A DNA stretch of 64,000 bases from Rhizobiaceae bacterium (GCA_013214695.1 JABSRX010000001.1:1610-65609), one strand, 5' to 3'. Positions 52,519 through 61,865 are shown, counted from the stretch's first letter. The notes: generated by a model not told the origin, from the sequence alone. Translations and numbers: made by a program.

Positions 52519-52565
52519 GTTTGCAAGCAGCAATTTGCAAAATGCAATTCGTTTGCAAAATGCAA
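52519..52565. promoter_or_regulatory. Direct repeat TTTGCAAAATGCAA x2 plus an upstream GTTTGCAAG
   Basis: The copies lie at 52534-52547 and 52552-52565, with a third TTGCAA at 52521-52526. The region is a lower-GC spacer. Confidence 0.4.
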
Positions 52566-52760
52566 AACCGAACTTCCCTTAGTACTCTGATTTAATTCAG
52601 TTATTTTTTGGCCCACTTCTTGCGCATTCACAGGTGTGAAGATCACCGGGGGCACGTTTTTACGGTGATCGACACAGCCCTGCTCAATTCCCAACGCATC
52701 CCCAGCCAATTGAGCAGGGCACCCAACCACAAGAAGGTACAGCGCAACAGGCCGAACAAA

Positions 52761-53057
52761 ATGGAAGATGTCGACGAACGAATAAGCAACTATGAAAGGT
52801 CCGTGAGACGGCTGCAACGTTTGATGGAGACGGGAAGTCCAGCAGAAAACAGGCTTCACGAGGTCGAAACGATCGTCTCAAGCGCCTTTGATGCCTTGCT
52901 CAATCACGATCTGGAATCGTCCGAGGATCTGCTGGGGCGGGTTGACTACCTGCTGAAGCTGATCCGGGCGACACACCCGGATGACTCGATCTTGCAACGC
53001 ATGGTCGACACGCTTTGGAAGGACATCGTTCTGCTTCAGGCGCGTCAACACCACTAG
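52761..53057 (+). CDS. Hypothetical helical protein, 98 aa
   Basis: The ATG is at 52761 (MEDVDERISNYERS...). Third-position GC is host-like. I recognise no family. Confidence 0.45.
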   Translation: MEDVDERISNYERSVRRLQRLMETGSPAENRLHEVETIVSSAFDALLNHDLESSEDLLGRVDYLLKLIRATHPDDSILQRMVDTLWKDIVLLQARQHH

Positions 53058-53072
53058 AGCCGACGTCCGGGC

Positions 53073-53453
53073 TTATTGAATAACGGCTGTTCCTGAATAG
53101 CCATCGTCGCGGCGCCAGCGCAGTTTTTTGGCACCAGCTTTTTCCAGCGAAAAACAGAAGGTCTGTCCGCGATACCATGTCGGGAACTTCTGGCAGAGGC
53201 GGTCCGACTTGACCCACCATTTACCGGTTTCCTTTGGCGCAAAGAAACGTGCCAGTCCCAGCGCGGTGCCATCGCCGGTGACCCGGCGGCTGGAGGCATA
53301 GCGCAAAGGAAAGGCGCCCCAACTGGTCTGCAACAGAACCTTTTTCCCGCTGATCAGCCGGTTGATTTCGTTGCCCGACAACTTTTTGGCCGCAACCGGA
53401 CCCTGACAGACCGCAACGATGAGTGCTGCTCCGCACAAAGCCTTGAGTTTCAT
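53073..53453 (-). CDS. Secreted hypothetical protein, 126 aa
   Basis: It has a clear signal peptide (MKLKALCGAALIVAVCQGPVAA). I recognise no family. Confidence 0.6.
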   Translation of the reverse strand: MKLKALCGAALIVAVCQGPVAAKKLSGNEINRLISGKKVLLQTSWGAFPLRYASSRRVTGDGTALGLARFFAPKETGKWWVKSDRLCQKFPTWYRGQTFCFSLEKAGAKKLRWRRDDGYSGTAVIQ

Positions 53454-53611
53454 TCCGGTCTCCTAAATTCGGTCCAAACCAGGTTTGGGTTCATTGAGTT
53501 GAGCCACTTAGACCGACAAGTGTGGCTTGCACAGGTCAAAGGGCTGCGACCAAACGGCACACAGCCATTAGCGTTACTTGAAGAGTCTACGCAAAGCGCC
53601 CCGAATTGGTT

Positions 53612-54205
53612 TCAATTGGAGCGGAAATTTTCCAGTTTCCAGGTCAGATTGGCTTTCACGGTCGACCATTCCGACGCGATGATCGAATAGGCCGCTGTAT
53701 CCCGGACCGAGCCATTGGCCATGATCATGTGGGAGCGCAGAACCCCGTCGAATTTGGCACCCAGGCGCTCGATGGCGCGACGGCTTTGAACATTGGCAAA
53801 ATGGGTTCTGAATTCGACGCAGATGCAGTCCAGATCTTCAAAAGCATGTTGCAGCAGCAACAGTTTGCATTCGGTGTTAAGCGGCGTTCTTTGAACCGAT
53901 TTGCGGTACCATGTCGAGCCGATCTCCAGCCGTTTGTGGGCCTGTTCAATATTCATATAGGTGGTCATGCCTACCGCCTTGCCGGAAGCGTTGTCGATGA
54001 TCGCGAACGGCAGCATGTTGGACAGCGACAGGCGTCTGTCGATTTCGGCCGCCATGCCAGCGCCATCCGGGATCATTGTATACCAAAGCTTGTGCAGCTC
54101 GCCGTCGGCGGTGGCCTCGACCAGATCGTCATGATGCGCGTGCGACAGCGGCACGACCGAAACATAATCGCCCTTCAATGAAATTGGCGTCGGCCAATCT
54201 GCCAT
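53612..54205 (-). CDS. GNAT-family N-acetyltransferase (RimJ/RimL-like)
   Basis: The blocks are LEIGSTWYRKSVQRTPLNTECKLLLLQHAF and NVQSRRAIERLGAKFDGVLR. Confidence 0.8.
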   Translation of the reverse strand: MADWPTPISLKGDYVSVVPLSHAHHDDLVEATADGELHKLWYTMIPDGAGMAAEIDRRLSLSNMLPFAIIDNASGKAVGMTTYMNIEQAHKRLEIGSTWYRKSVQRTPLNTECKLLLLQHAFEDLDCICVEFRTHFANVQSRRAIERLGAKFDGVLRSHMIMANGSVRDTAAYSIIASEWSTVKANLTWKLENFRSN

Positions 54206-54305
54206 GCTCACCCCCGGGTTGTGAAATCTCAACTGCGCGATACTGGCACAGCTGAAAAGAACACAAAACACAAATTGTCAGGTGAGCTTCTGAATGGACG
54301 CTGCC

Positions 54306-55145
54306 TCAGCGATTGGGTGGCTTCCAACCGGGCCGTCGCAGCAAATAGCCGAACGCCTCAGTGATGCTCCTCGATCCGAATAGGTCCCTGAACAGTTGCG
54401 GCCATTCGGAAAACCAGACCTTGATCGGATTCTGACTGTCGAAGTCCCGCTTCAGGCCGTAGCGCGGGGTTTCTTCTTCCATCTGAAACGTGTTCCAAAT
54501 CCGGTCCCAGATGATGAAAATACCGCCGTAGTTCTTGTCGAGATACTTGTCATCGCAGCCATGGTGGACGCGGTGGTGGGATGGGGTGTTCATGAACCAT
54601 TCCAGCGGTCCCAGCTTGCCGATCAGCTCGGTATGCAACCAGGTCTGGTAAGCCAGCACGGATATCACACCAAAGATGATCGCCTGTGGGGGGAAGCCCA
54701 GGAATGCCATGGGCAGATGGGCGACAAGAGACCAAACACCTTCCAGTGGCCCAAATCGAACGGCGGTGACAATGTTCATGTCCCTTGAAGAATGGTGGAC
54801 AGCATGCTGTGTCCAGAGCAGACGAATCTGGTGGGCGATGCGATGCTCCCAATAGTAGGTGAGATCGGCCAACACGACCACAAGAAGAACGCTCCACCAG
54901 GTCAGTGGAATGGACCAGGGAAGCTGCTGCGCAATAATCCAATAAAGAGAGTAGGCACCCGTCAAAATAAAGGTTTCCACGACGATGTAGGGAATCTGAG
55001 TTGAGGCACTGGCCAGCATTTCCAGGAAGGTCTTGGCTTTCAGATTTCCTTTGAAGATCATTTCTGCAATCTCGATCAGCAGGATCGCAGCGCCAATCAA
55101 AAAGAAGGCTTCATCGACCTGCACTGTCCAATCGGCCAGGTTCAT
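54306..55145 (-). CDS. Sterol desaturase/fatty-acid hydroxylase-family membrane di-iron enzyme
   Basis: The histidine boxes are HRIAHQIRLLWTQHAVHHSS and PSHHRVHHG. It shares a 4-bp overlap with the upstream TetR gene. Confidence 0.85.
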   Translation of the reverse strand: MNLADWTVQVDEAFFLIGAAILLIEIAEMIFKGNLKAKTFLEMLASASTQIPYIVVETFILTGAYSLYWIIAQQLPWSIPLTWWSVLLVVVLADLTYYWEHRIAHQIRLLWTQHAVHHSSRDMNIVTAVRFGPLEGVWSLVAHLPMAFLGFPPQAIIFGVISVLAYQTWLHTELIGKLGPLEWFMNTPSHHRVHHGCDDKYLDKNYGGIFIIWDRIWNTFQMEEETPRYGLKRDFDSQNPIKVWFSEWPQLFRDLFGSRSITEAFGYLLRRPGWKPPNR

Positions 55146-55699
55146 TTACTCATTCCTTTCAAACCATTGCTGAATGTGCGCCAGGCCAAGTCGGCGGCCT
55201 GGTTTGATGTGGCGTCGCCCGCGCGGACCATCGACCATGCTGCATAGATGAGGCTTTCATAAGTTTCGGCGATCCACTGGGTCGGAAGTGCCGGATCAAA
55301 GAGGCCTTCCTGTTTGGCAAGCTCGATGTCCCGACATAGCTCAGAGCGACTTTTGCGGTAGGCCTTGGCCACCTCGTCGTCGACCTGCAAACCTTCATTG
55401 GCAAGAAACCACTGGCGGTTGGCGAGAGGCACAATGGCCTCCAGAGATAAGCGAAAACCCTCTTCATAGCTCTGAGCATCAGCCGTTGCTTGCGCAACCG
55501 CATGATCAAGCTCTGCCATGGCGATTTTGGCAAGGGCTCGCATCAGTTCCAGGCGGCCTGGAAAGTGGCGATGCAATGTTGCGCGCCCAACGCCGGCTCG
55601 GGCGGCCACATCGCCAAGCGCAGCGCCGGGGTTTTCGGCGAAAACAAGAAATGCCGCCTCGATGATGGCATCACGGGTGGAGGGTCTGATCTGATTCAT
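55142..55699 (-). CDS. TetR-family transcriptional regulator
   Basis: The N-terminal HTH is TRDAIIEAAFLVFAENPGAALGDVAARAGVGRATLHRHF. Confidence 0.85.
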   Translation of the reverse strand: MNQIRPSTRDAIIEAAFLVFAENPGAALGDVAARAGVGRATLHRHFPGRLELMRALAKIAMAELDHAVAQATADAQSYEEGFRLSLEAIVPLANRQWFLANEGLQVDDEVAKAYRKSRSELCRDIELAKQEGLFDPALPTQWIAETYESLIYAAWSMVRAGDATSNQAADLAWRTFSNGLKGMSK

Positions 55700-55823
55700 G
55701 AGACATATATGTCTCATTTGATACACTAATTCAAGAGGCATCAGATTATTTCTTGACCGGTTAATGAAAGGCGCTGACCCAAGGCTTGTGAAGCCTCGCG
55801 AATTGGCGAAAGATCGCCCACAA

Positions 55824-56672
55824 ATGTCGGATAGTCAGAACCTGCCGAAGACCGAGGCGGTCTGGCAAAAGTCCAGACAGGCAAGACAAATCGGCGGGGA
55901 GGTCGCGTTGGCAAAGTCAAATGTGGAGAAGGTCGAAGCGCTGCTGAAGAGCATCGAGACGGGTGAAACCGACGCCGTCGCTATCGTCGATGAGGCCAAC
56001 TATATTCAGCACAACCCGCAAACCCATGAGGGCAGCGAAGGGCTGGCAACGTTGTTCAAGCGGCTGTCCAAGACCGAGCCCAAGGTCAACATGGTCCGCG
56101 GCTTTGAAGACGATGACTACGTCTTCGCCCACATGGAATATGACTTTTCCAGCCGCAAAATCTGCTTTGAAGTGTTCCGGTTTGAAGGCGGGCGGGCCGT
56201 CGAGCACTGGGACAATATTCAAGCCCGGACCGGGCCCAACGATTCTGGCCATTCCATGGTCGACGGAGCAACGCAGGCTACCGATCTGGACGCAACTGAA
56301 GCAAACCGCGAGCGGGCGCGGCAGTTCGTGGAAACGGTGCTGATCGGCAAAGCCTATGAGCAACTCGGAGCGTTCATCAACGCGCAAGACTATACGGAAC
56401 ACAATCCGCGTCTGGGCGACGATATCGCTCTTCTGGCCGCAGAACTGCAGCGTCAATCTTCAGAAGGGCCGGTGATCGACTATCAGCGGCTACACCGGGT
56501 CCTTGCCCAGGGCAGCTTTGTCCTGTGTGTCAGCGAAGGACGTTTGGACGGTGCCCACACCGCCTTTTACGACCTGTTTCGATTGGCCGATGGCATGATT
56601 GTCGAGCATTGGGACACGACGGAAACGGTCGCACCAAAAGCTGATTGGAAGAACAATAACGGAAAGTTCTGA
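55824..56672 (+). CDS. Tandem SnoaL-like/NTF2-fold protein
   Basis: It has two repeats of a SnoaL-like pattern, YIQHNP...VEHWD and YTEHNP...VEHWD. The start is uncertain. Confidence 0.55.
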   Translation: MSDSQNLPKTEAVWQKSRQARQIGGEVALAKSNVEKVEALLKSIETGETDAVAIVDEANYIQHNPQTHEGSEGLATLFKRLSKTEPKVNMVRGFEDDDYVFAHMEYDFSSRKICFEVFRFEGGRAVEHWDNIQARTGPNDSGHSMVDGATQATDLDATEANRERARQFVETVLIGKAYEQLGAFINAQDYTEHNPRLGDDIALLAAELQRQSSEGPVIDYQRLHRVLAQGSFVLCVSEGRLDGAHTAFYDLFRLADGMIVEHWDTTETVAPKADWKNNNGKF

Positions 56673-56697
56673 GATCTGTGGTGAAAGGTCGAACGGA

Positions 56698-57933
56698 TCA
56701 GCTCCAGTGTTTGCGCAGGCGCCGCAGCGACAAGCCAACCACGCCGATAACGATCGGCACTGAAATCATCAGCGACAGGTTCAACGACAGCGGCAACCAG
56801 CCCTGGGCTGACATCGCCTTGAACACGTAGCTCAGCAAGCCAACGGAATAGTAGCTGATCGCGACAATCGACAGTCCTTCCACCGTCTGCGAGATCAACA
56901 GCTGCTGGCGGTGACGTTCGTTCAAGGTCTGCAGATTTTGCTGGTTCGCCTGACTGGTTTCCACTTCGATGTGCGTGCGCAGCAGGGACAGACCGTTGGA
57001 GATTTCATTCGACAGATGTTTGAGGCGTTCTTCGAAGCTATTGATGGTGGCAATGGCAGGGTCCAGACGGGCCCGCACGAAGCCCGAAATGGTCTGCAAC
57101 TCGCCGGAGGGCACTTCGTCCAGGGAGGCCAACCGTTGAACGGCGAGATTGTAATAAGCGCGGCTGGCCGAGAACCGAAACCGCGTAGCGGTGCGCAGGG
57201 TGTTCATTTCAGTGGCGAGCTTTGAAAATCGGTCGATCAGTTTCCGGTTTCCGCCCGCTTCCGCCAGCATCCCGGTCATCGACAGGACGAGTGCGTCAAG
57301 TTCCCGTTCCAGCGCCACCAACTCGCCCTGCTTGGCCCGACTGGCTTCCAAGCCCATCAGAGCAAGCACCCGATAGGTTTCCATCTCCAGCAAGCGTTGT
57401 ACCCGACGCCCCAATTCATGCCCACTCATCTTCGGAGCACAAATGACGAAATGCTGCCGCAGATGTTCATCGGGCAACAGGGACGTACGCACTTCCATAT
57501 CGCGCAAAGTGCCACCGAGAGGCCGATGGCTCGGGTCCAGTGCGTTGGTCAACCCGATTTTGGCGGCGATGAAGTCAATCTTGATGTCGGAGAGCAGATC
57601 AAGCCTGTCCAGACCAAGGACATCTGCCATGGCACCGGGGTCAATCCCAGGTCCCTTGGCACGGCTGACCAGGGTACAGGTCAGGAACTCGGTGTGGATC
57701 TCCAGTTTGACCACGTAACCATCGACCGTGCCGAGCACAAAGCGTCCATCGTCGCTTTGCTCCACGACCGTGATTGCCGCGATGATTTGATCCTTGGTGT
57801 CGCCTGTGAGCTGAAGCGCGATGTGATGCAAATGGGTGCAACCGGTGAGGTCCAGAGACGGACGCGCATGGGCTTCCGCCAGTGCTGCCGCGCGGTGGTC
57901 TAGGTCCAGTTTGTTTGAAACTGCTTCACTCAT
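56698..57933 (-). CDS. DUF3422-like membrane-anchored protein
   Basis: It is about 410 aa with a soluble N-terminal region (HRAAALAEAHARP...) and two C-terminal TM helices. This is a recall-based family call. Confidence 0.5.
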   Translation of the reverse strand: MSEAVSNKLDLDHRAAALAEAHARPSLDLTGCTHLHHIALQLTGDTKDQIIAAITVVEQSDDGRFVLGTVDGYVVKLEIHTEFLTCTLVSRAKGPGIDPGAMADVLGLDRLDLLSDIKIDFIAAKIGLTNALDPSHRPLGGTLRDMEVRTSLLPDEHLRQHFVICAPKMSGHELGRRVQRLLEMETYRVLALMGLEASRAKQGELVALERELDALVLSMTGMLAEAGGNRKLIDRFSKLATEMNTLRTATRFRFSASRAYYNLAVQRLASLDEVPSGELQTISGFVRARLDPAIATINSFEERLKHLSNEISNGLSLLRTHIEVETSQANQQNLQTLNERHRQQLLISQTVEGLSIVAISYYSVGLLSYVFKAMSAQGWLPLSLNLSLMISVPIVIGVVGLSLRRLRKHWS

Positions 57934-57968
57934 TTGCAGTTGATAAACCCAGTCGGCTTACCGGACAA

Positions 57969-57997
57969 TAAAAAAGGGCCGCGACAAATCGCTGCCC
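57969..57997 (-). terminator. Rho-independent terminator downstream of the ArsR gene
   Basis: On the minus strand gggcagcga-tttg-tcgcggccc (one mismatch) is followed by TTTTTTATT. Confidence 0.6.
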
Positions 57998-58038
57998 AAT
58001 CAGACCATCCCGTATCGTTTCGAGCGCAGGATCAAGCG

Positions 58039-58365
58039 CTATTCAGGCTTGCAGAACATGTCATAGAGAACCGGAATAATGCTTTTGATCCGGTCATCGG
58101 CCAATGAGTAATAGACCGACTTGCCTTCGCGTCGGGCGTCGACAATGCCCTCAAGACGCAGACGGGCCAGTTGTTGCGACACCGCTGCCTGACGGGCCGA
58201 GAGCATTTCTTCCAGTTCAGTGACAGAGCATTCGCCTTCAGCCAAGCGGCACAAGATCATCAATCGACCTTCATGGGCGATGGACTTCAGAAAGGCGGTT
58301 GCCTCACGGGCGCTTGTCGCCATTTCCTCGACGTCAAAGTCAAACTTGAATGCTGCGGAGCTCAT
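58039..58365 (-). CDS. ArsR/SmtB-family transcriptional regulator (BigR/YgaV-like)
   Basis: The motif is FLKSIAHEGRLMILCRLAEGECSVTELEEML...VSQQLARLRLEGIVDARREGKSVYYSL. Confidence 0.9.
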   Translation of the reverse strand: MSSAAFKFDFDVEEMATSAREATAFLKSIAHEGRLMILCRLAEGECSVTELEEMLSARQAAVSQQLARLRLEGIVDARREGKSVYYSLADDRIKSIIPVLYDMFCKPE

Positions 58366-58484
58366 TTGTGCTGTCCCACCACGCTATCAGTGTTTCGGCT
58401 CTGGCAATATTTGGGGCAACTGCCCAGGCAATTCCCAAAAGGGCCCAACCTACTTGCCGCCATTAAACAAGCGAATGGTGGCAC
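58362..58484 (-). CDS. Candidate Cys-rich leader ORF, 40 aa (VPPFACLMAASRLGPFGNCLGSCPKYCQSRNTDSVVGQHK)
   Basis: A GTG start lies 6 nt after GGAGGAG. Its TGA overlaps the ArsR ATG (ATGA). It has 5 Cys residues. The codon bias is unconvincing. Confidence 0.3.
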   Translation of the reverse strand: MPPFACLMAASRLGPFGNCLGSCPKYCQSRNTDSVVGQHK

Positions 58485-58585
58485 GAGGTTCTCCTCCCAT
58501 ACAAAAGAAAACGCCTTTGGGATAGGGGCACTTTTTCGTGTTGTATTGCGGAAAGATCGTACAGACCCAGGTCAAGCCTGGCGGC

Positions 58586-59776
58586 TTAGATTGTTTCCCA
58601 AACACCACCGCCCTGATTGGATCTGACCGATGCGTGGATGAAGCGCACGCCCTGTGCGCCATCTTCCACATCCGGCAGGGACAGCCAGGTTTCAGGGACA
58701 TCGACGCCATCGCGCCTGGCTGCAACGGCCATAGCAAATTCCGTATAGAGGTTGGCCCAGGCTTCAATCAGACCTTCGGGAAATCCACGCCCGGTGCGCA
58801 CCAGGCGCTCGGTTTGAGGCGACACGCCGTGGCCGTGGCCGCGGCTGATGATCTGGTCCGGCTCACCAAAGCGATTGATCCTCAACCGCTCACAATCCTC
58901 CATGTCCCATTCCAATCCACCTTCGGACCCGAACACCCGCAGCCGCAGTCTGCCGCGATTGCCCGGTGCCAATCTCGTGGCCATCAAAGTGCCGGGCACA
59001 TTGCCTTCATATCTGGTTGCCATGAAGACGGTGTCTTCAAGCTGTTTTGGGGCACCACAGACATGGAAATCGGCGCGCAATTCGGTCATCGCCAGCCCAC
59101 TGACGAATTGCGCCAAATGGAAGGCATGGGTTCCGATATCGCCGACGCAACTGGTCGGCCCGGAAATTTTCGGATCCAGGCGCCATTTGACATGCGGCGC
59201 ATCGGCCGCGTTTTCCGGGGTCATCCAGTCCCGCATGAATTCGACATGGATCTGGTTGATCTTGCCCAAAGTGCCCGCTGCAACAATTTCCCGGGCCTGA
59301 CGGACCATCGGATAGCAGGACATCACATAGGACACACCGAATACGGAACGGACGGTTTCGGCCTGACGGACCAGGTCCTCGGCTTCCGCCAACTCATTGG
59401 TCAACGGCTTGTCGCACAGGACCGAAATGTCCGCCGCCATGAACGCCTTTGCTGCCGGATGATGCATGTGGTTCGGCGTGGTGATCATGACGGCATCGAC
59501 ACCGTCTTCTCGCGCCGCCTCGGCCGCAGCCATGGCCTCGAAACTGGCATAGGCGCGATCCGGATCAATGAACCATTCGGCCGCCCGGGCCTGCGCCTTT
59601 TGGGGATCAGACGAAAGCGCCCCGGCCACCACGTCCCAACAATTGCTCATCCGCGCTGCCATTGCCTGCGTTGCGGCGATGCGCCCTCCCCCGACTATGC
59701 CAAGCCGCAAACGGCGTGACAGCTTTGGAAAGGGGCCGTTGAAATCAAGCGTTGAAGGAAGAAGTCTCTCGGTCAT
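58586..59776 (-). CDS. Gfo/Idh/MocA-family oxidoreductase
   Basis: The motifs are LGIVGGGRIA and ISVLCDKP. Confidence 0.85.
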   Translation of the reverse strand: MTERLLPSTLDFNGPFPKLSRRLRLGIVGGGRIAATQAMAARMSNCWDVVAGALSSDPQKAQARAAEWFIDPDRAYASFEAMAAAEAAREDGVDAVMITTPNHMHHPAAKAFMAADISVLCDKPLTNELAEAEDLVRQAETVRSVFGVSYVMSCYPMVRQAREIVAAGTLGKINQIHVEFMRDWMTPENAADAPHVKWRLDPKISGPTSCVGDIGTHAFHLAQFVSGLAMTELRADFHVCGAPKQLEDTVFMATRYEGNVPGTLMATRLAPGNRGRLRLRVFGSEGGLEWDMEDCERLRINRFGEPDQIISRGHGHGVSPQTERLVRTGRGFPEGLIEAWANLYTEFAMAVAARRDGVDVPETWLSLPDVEDGAQGVRFIHASVRSNQGGGVWETI

Positions 59777-59797
59777 GGGTGTCTCACGCAAGCTGGA

Positions 59798-60454
59798 TCA
59801 TGCGGGCGGGTGAGCGCCTTCGGGCAGCATTTCAACCGCCATGAAAATCGACGGCTTGATGGTTTCAAACTGATGCCAGGGATAATTGCCTTCTTCATCA
59901 TACATCGGCCGATGAGTCACACCGGGCGCCATCGGCTCTTCGAGATACAGCGTCGACACGTCTTTTTCGCGGCACTGCTGCATTTTACCGAAGCCAACGA
60001 CCTGCGTATGTACTTCGCGGAATCCCGGAACCGGGCAGAAGGCATGGTCGCGATGCAGTCCGACATTCAGGGGCACCGAGCCGGAGTGATACATGGTGAA
60101 ACCAAACTGGCCGACCCAGACCTTGGGCGACATGTAATGGCTGACGCCCCGCAACCGCTCCTCCTGACGGATGTCAAAGGCTGACGGCCAGGTCGCCTTC
60201 ACATCTTCAAACAGTTTTTCATCGTCGGGATAATCGCCAAAGCGCTCAATGACGACGGCATGATCGACGTCGTGGATTTCCGCATTGGCGACGATCACCG
60301 ACTGCAGGGAGGCCAGTGTCTGATCGACGATCCGCACCGGCGTTTCCGCCAGATTGAGCAGGATCACCCTGCCCTCAACCTGATAGGACGCAAGCTGCTT
60401 CAGAATGCGGACGGTGAAAAAGGGTTCGGCAAATTCGAGGGTTTGAACGGGCAT
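59798..60454 (-). CDS. Hypothetical protein, 218 aa (possibly cupin-like), embedded between two oxidoreductase genes
   Basis: Third-position GC is host-like. It has a 3-nt gap to the upstream gene and a 21-nt gap to the downstream gene. It is His-rich (HRDHAF, EVHTQ, HRPMYDEEGNYPWHQ). I recognise no family. Confidence 0.6.
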   Translation of the reverse strand: MPVQTLEFAEPFFTVRILKQLASYQVEGRVILLNLAETPVRIVDQTLASLQSVIVANAEIHDVDHAVVIERFGDYPDDEKLFEDVKATWPSAFDIRQEERLRGVSHYMSPKVWVGQFGFTMYHSGSVPLNVGLHRDHAFCPVPGFREVHTQVVGFGKMQQCREKDVSTLYLEEPMAPGVTHRPMYDEEGNYPWHQFETIKPSIFMAVEMLPEGAHPPA

Positions 60455-60457
60455 CGG

Positions 60458-61609
60458 TCACGCTTCACTTTGTGGGAAATTTTCGGGCAGCGGCTCTGGC
60501 CGCGCACATGTACTGTTGATGTCAACGAAAGCCCCCAGGCCGGGCGATGCCAACATGCTCTCCATGGCTTCATAGACATGGAACGCCATTTCACCGCTGG
60601 CCCGGGGAGGACGTTGATCGCGCACCGCGTAGGCCAGATCGAGCAGACCCAGCCCGCGGGCGTCATAATTGAAACCATGGGTGTTCTCGGCCACCTGCCA
60701 ATTGTCCCGCCCCGTCGGGCGCGGCTGGTGGGTCCAGCGGGCCGTCTGTTTGGTGCGCAACCAGACGTCGCCCTGAAAGATATTGGCACCATGCACCGGA
60801 TCCGGGTCGGGAATGCAGATGGTGCCTTCTTCCCCATAGATTTCAAAGCGCGGTGTCTCGCTGTCCCACACATCGAAGCTCATCATCATCTGACCGATGA
60901 CGCCGGACTCAAACTCGATCAGGCTGAGATTGTGGGTGTCCACTTCCACCGGCATCATGAAGCCGTGGCGCGGACCGTTTTCGATCATGCGCTCCTCGAA
61001 AGTACGGCGCGACAGGCCGGCGACCCGGGCAATCGGCCCGAGGAAGAACACCATGGCTGTGAGGTAATAGGGACCAAGATCCAACAGCGGCCCACCGCCC
61101 AACTGATAATAGAAATCGGGATTGGGATTGTGGCGCTCGGTACCGTGGGTCGGCACAAAAGCCGATACACCAGTTGGCGCTCCGATAGCACCCTGATCAA
61201 TCAGCTTGCGCACGGTTTGCCAGCGTCCACCAAGGAATGTGTCAGGCGCATTGCCGATGGTCAGGCCTTTTGACTGTGCCAGCTTCAACAGCGCTTCGCC
61301 ATCCTTCAGGTCGGTGACAAACGGCTTTTCTGAATAAACATGCTTGCCGGCATTCAGGGCGGCAAATGACACTTCGGCATGGGCCGCCGGAATCGTCAGG
61401 TTGAGCACGCAGTCGATGTCGTTGTCGGCGTAAATGTCTTCGGGAACACAAGCCCGGGCAATGCCATATTGATCAGCTTTGGCCTGCGACTCGGCAATGT
61501 CGAGACTCGCGCAGGCGACAATATCGATGGCCTCAAATGACGTACAATTTTTCAGATAGATATCGCTGATACGGCCGCAGCCAACCAACCCCACACGCAT
61601 CGGCTTCAT
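60458..61609 (-). CDS. Gfo/Idh/MocA-family oxidoreductase
   Basis: The motifs are VGLVGCGRISDIY and GKHVYSEKP. Confidence 0.85.
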   Translation of the reverse strand: MKPMRVGLVGCGRISDIYLKNCTSFEAIDIVACASLDIAESQAKADQYGIARACVPEDIYADNDIDCVLNLTIPAAHAEVSFAALNAGKHVYSEKPFVTDLKDGEALLKLAQSKGLTIGNAPDTFLGGRWQTVRKLIDQGAIGAPTGVSAFVPTHGTERHNPNPDFYYQLGGGPLLDLGPYYLTAMVFFLGPIARVAGLSRRTFEERMIENGPRHGFMMPVEVDTHNLSLIEFESGVIGQMMMSFDVWDSETPRFEIYGEEGTICIPDPDPVHGANIFQGDVWLRTKQTARWTHQPRPTGRDNWQVAENTHGFNYDARGLGLLDLAYAVRDQRPPRASGEMAFHVYEAMESMLASPGLGAFVDINSTCARPEPLPENFPQSEA

Positions 61610-61865
61610 GCAGTTTTGACCCTGTTCTCCTCCGCAGTCCTGGACTGCATCTCCCGCAGCAGTCTTTTCAACGCCGCGGTTCTATATGGCGCATTGGCCG
61701 CACCATAGCCGCATAGCCATTCACCCGTTGCACGATTTCAAAGAAAAATCCCTCCCCATAGGGCTGGCTGTAGAGTTGGTAAAACTGACCGTCCCCCTCC
61801 CCGTCGTAAAGGATGCAGTGTTGTTGCAGCTTCTCAACAAATGAACCCTTCAGGCCAAATCGCGC
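61606..61865 (-). pseudogene. Remnant (C-terminal ~85 codons) of an HPPD-like/VOC-domain gene, 5'-truncated and frameshifted
   Basis: The minus-strand translation is ARFGLKGSFVEKLQQHCILYDGEGDGQFYQLYSQPYGEGFFFEIVQRVNGYA. A 1-nt loss near 61709-61712 then shifts the frame. The shifted frame reads GYGAANAPYRTAALKRLL... and ends in a TGA overlapping the ATG at 61609. Confidence 0.65.

Noticed and set aside
52494-52859. 121-aa minus-strand ORF and the long form (52608) of the plus-strand ORF.
   Set aside because: Both cross the low-GC repeat region and have no RBS. Only the 52761-53057 segment shows host-like third-position GC.
58450-58767. 105-aa minus-strand ORF between the ArsR and oxidoreductase genes.
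   Set aside because: Most of it overlaps the 3' end of the Gfo/Idh/MocA gene in another frame, and it has no supporting motif.
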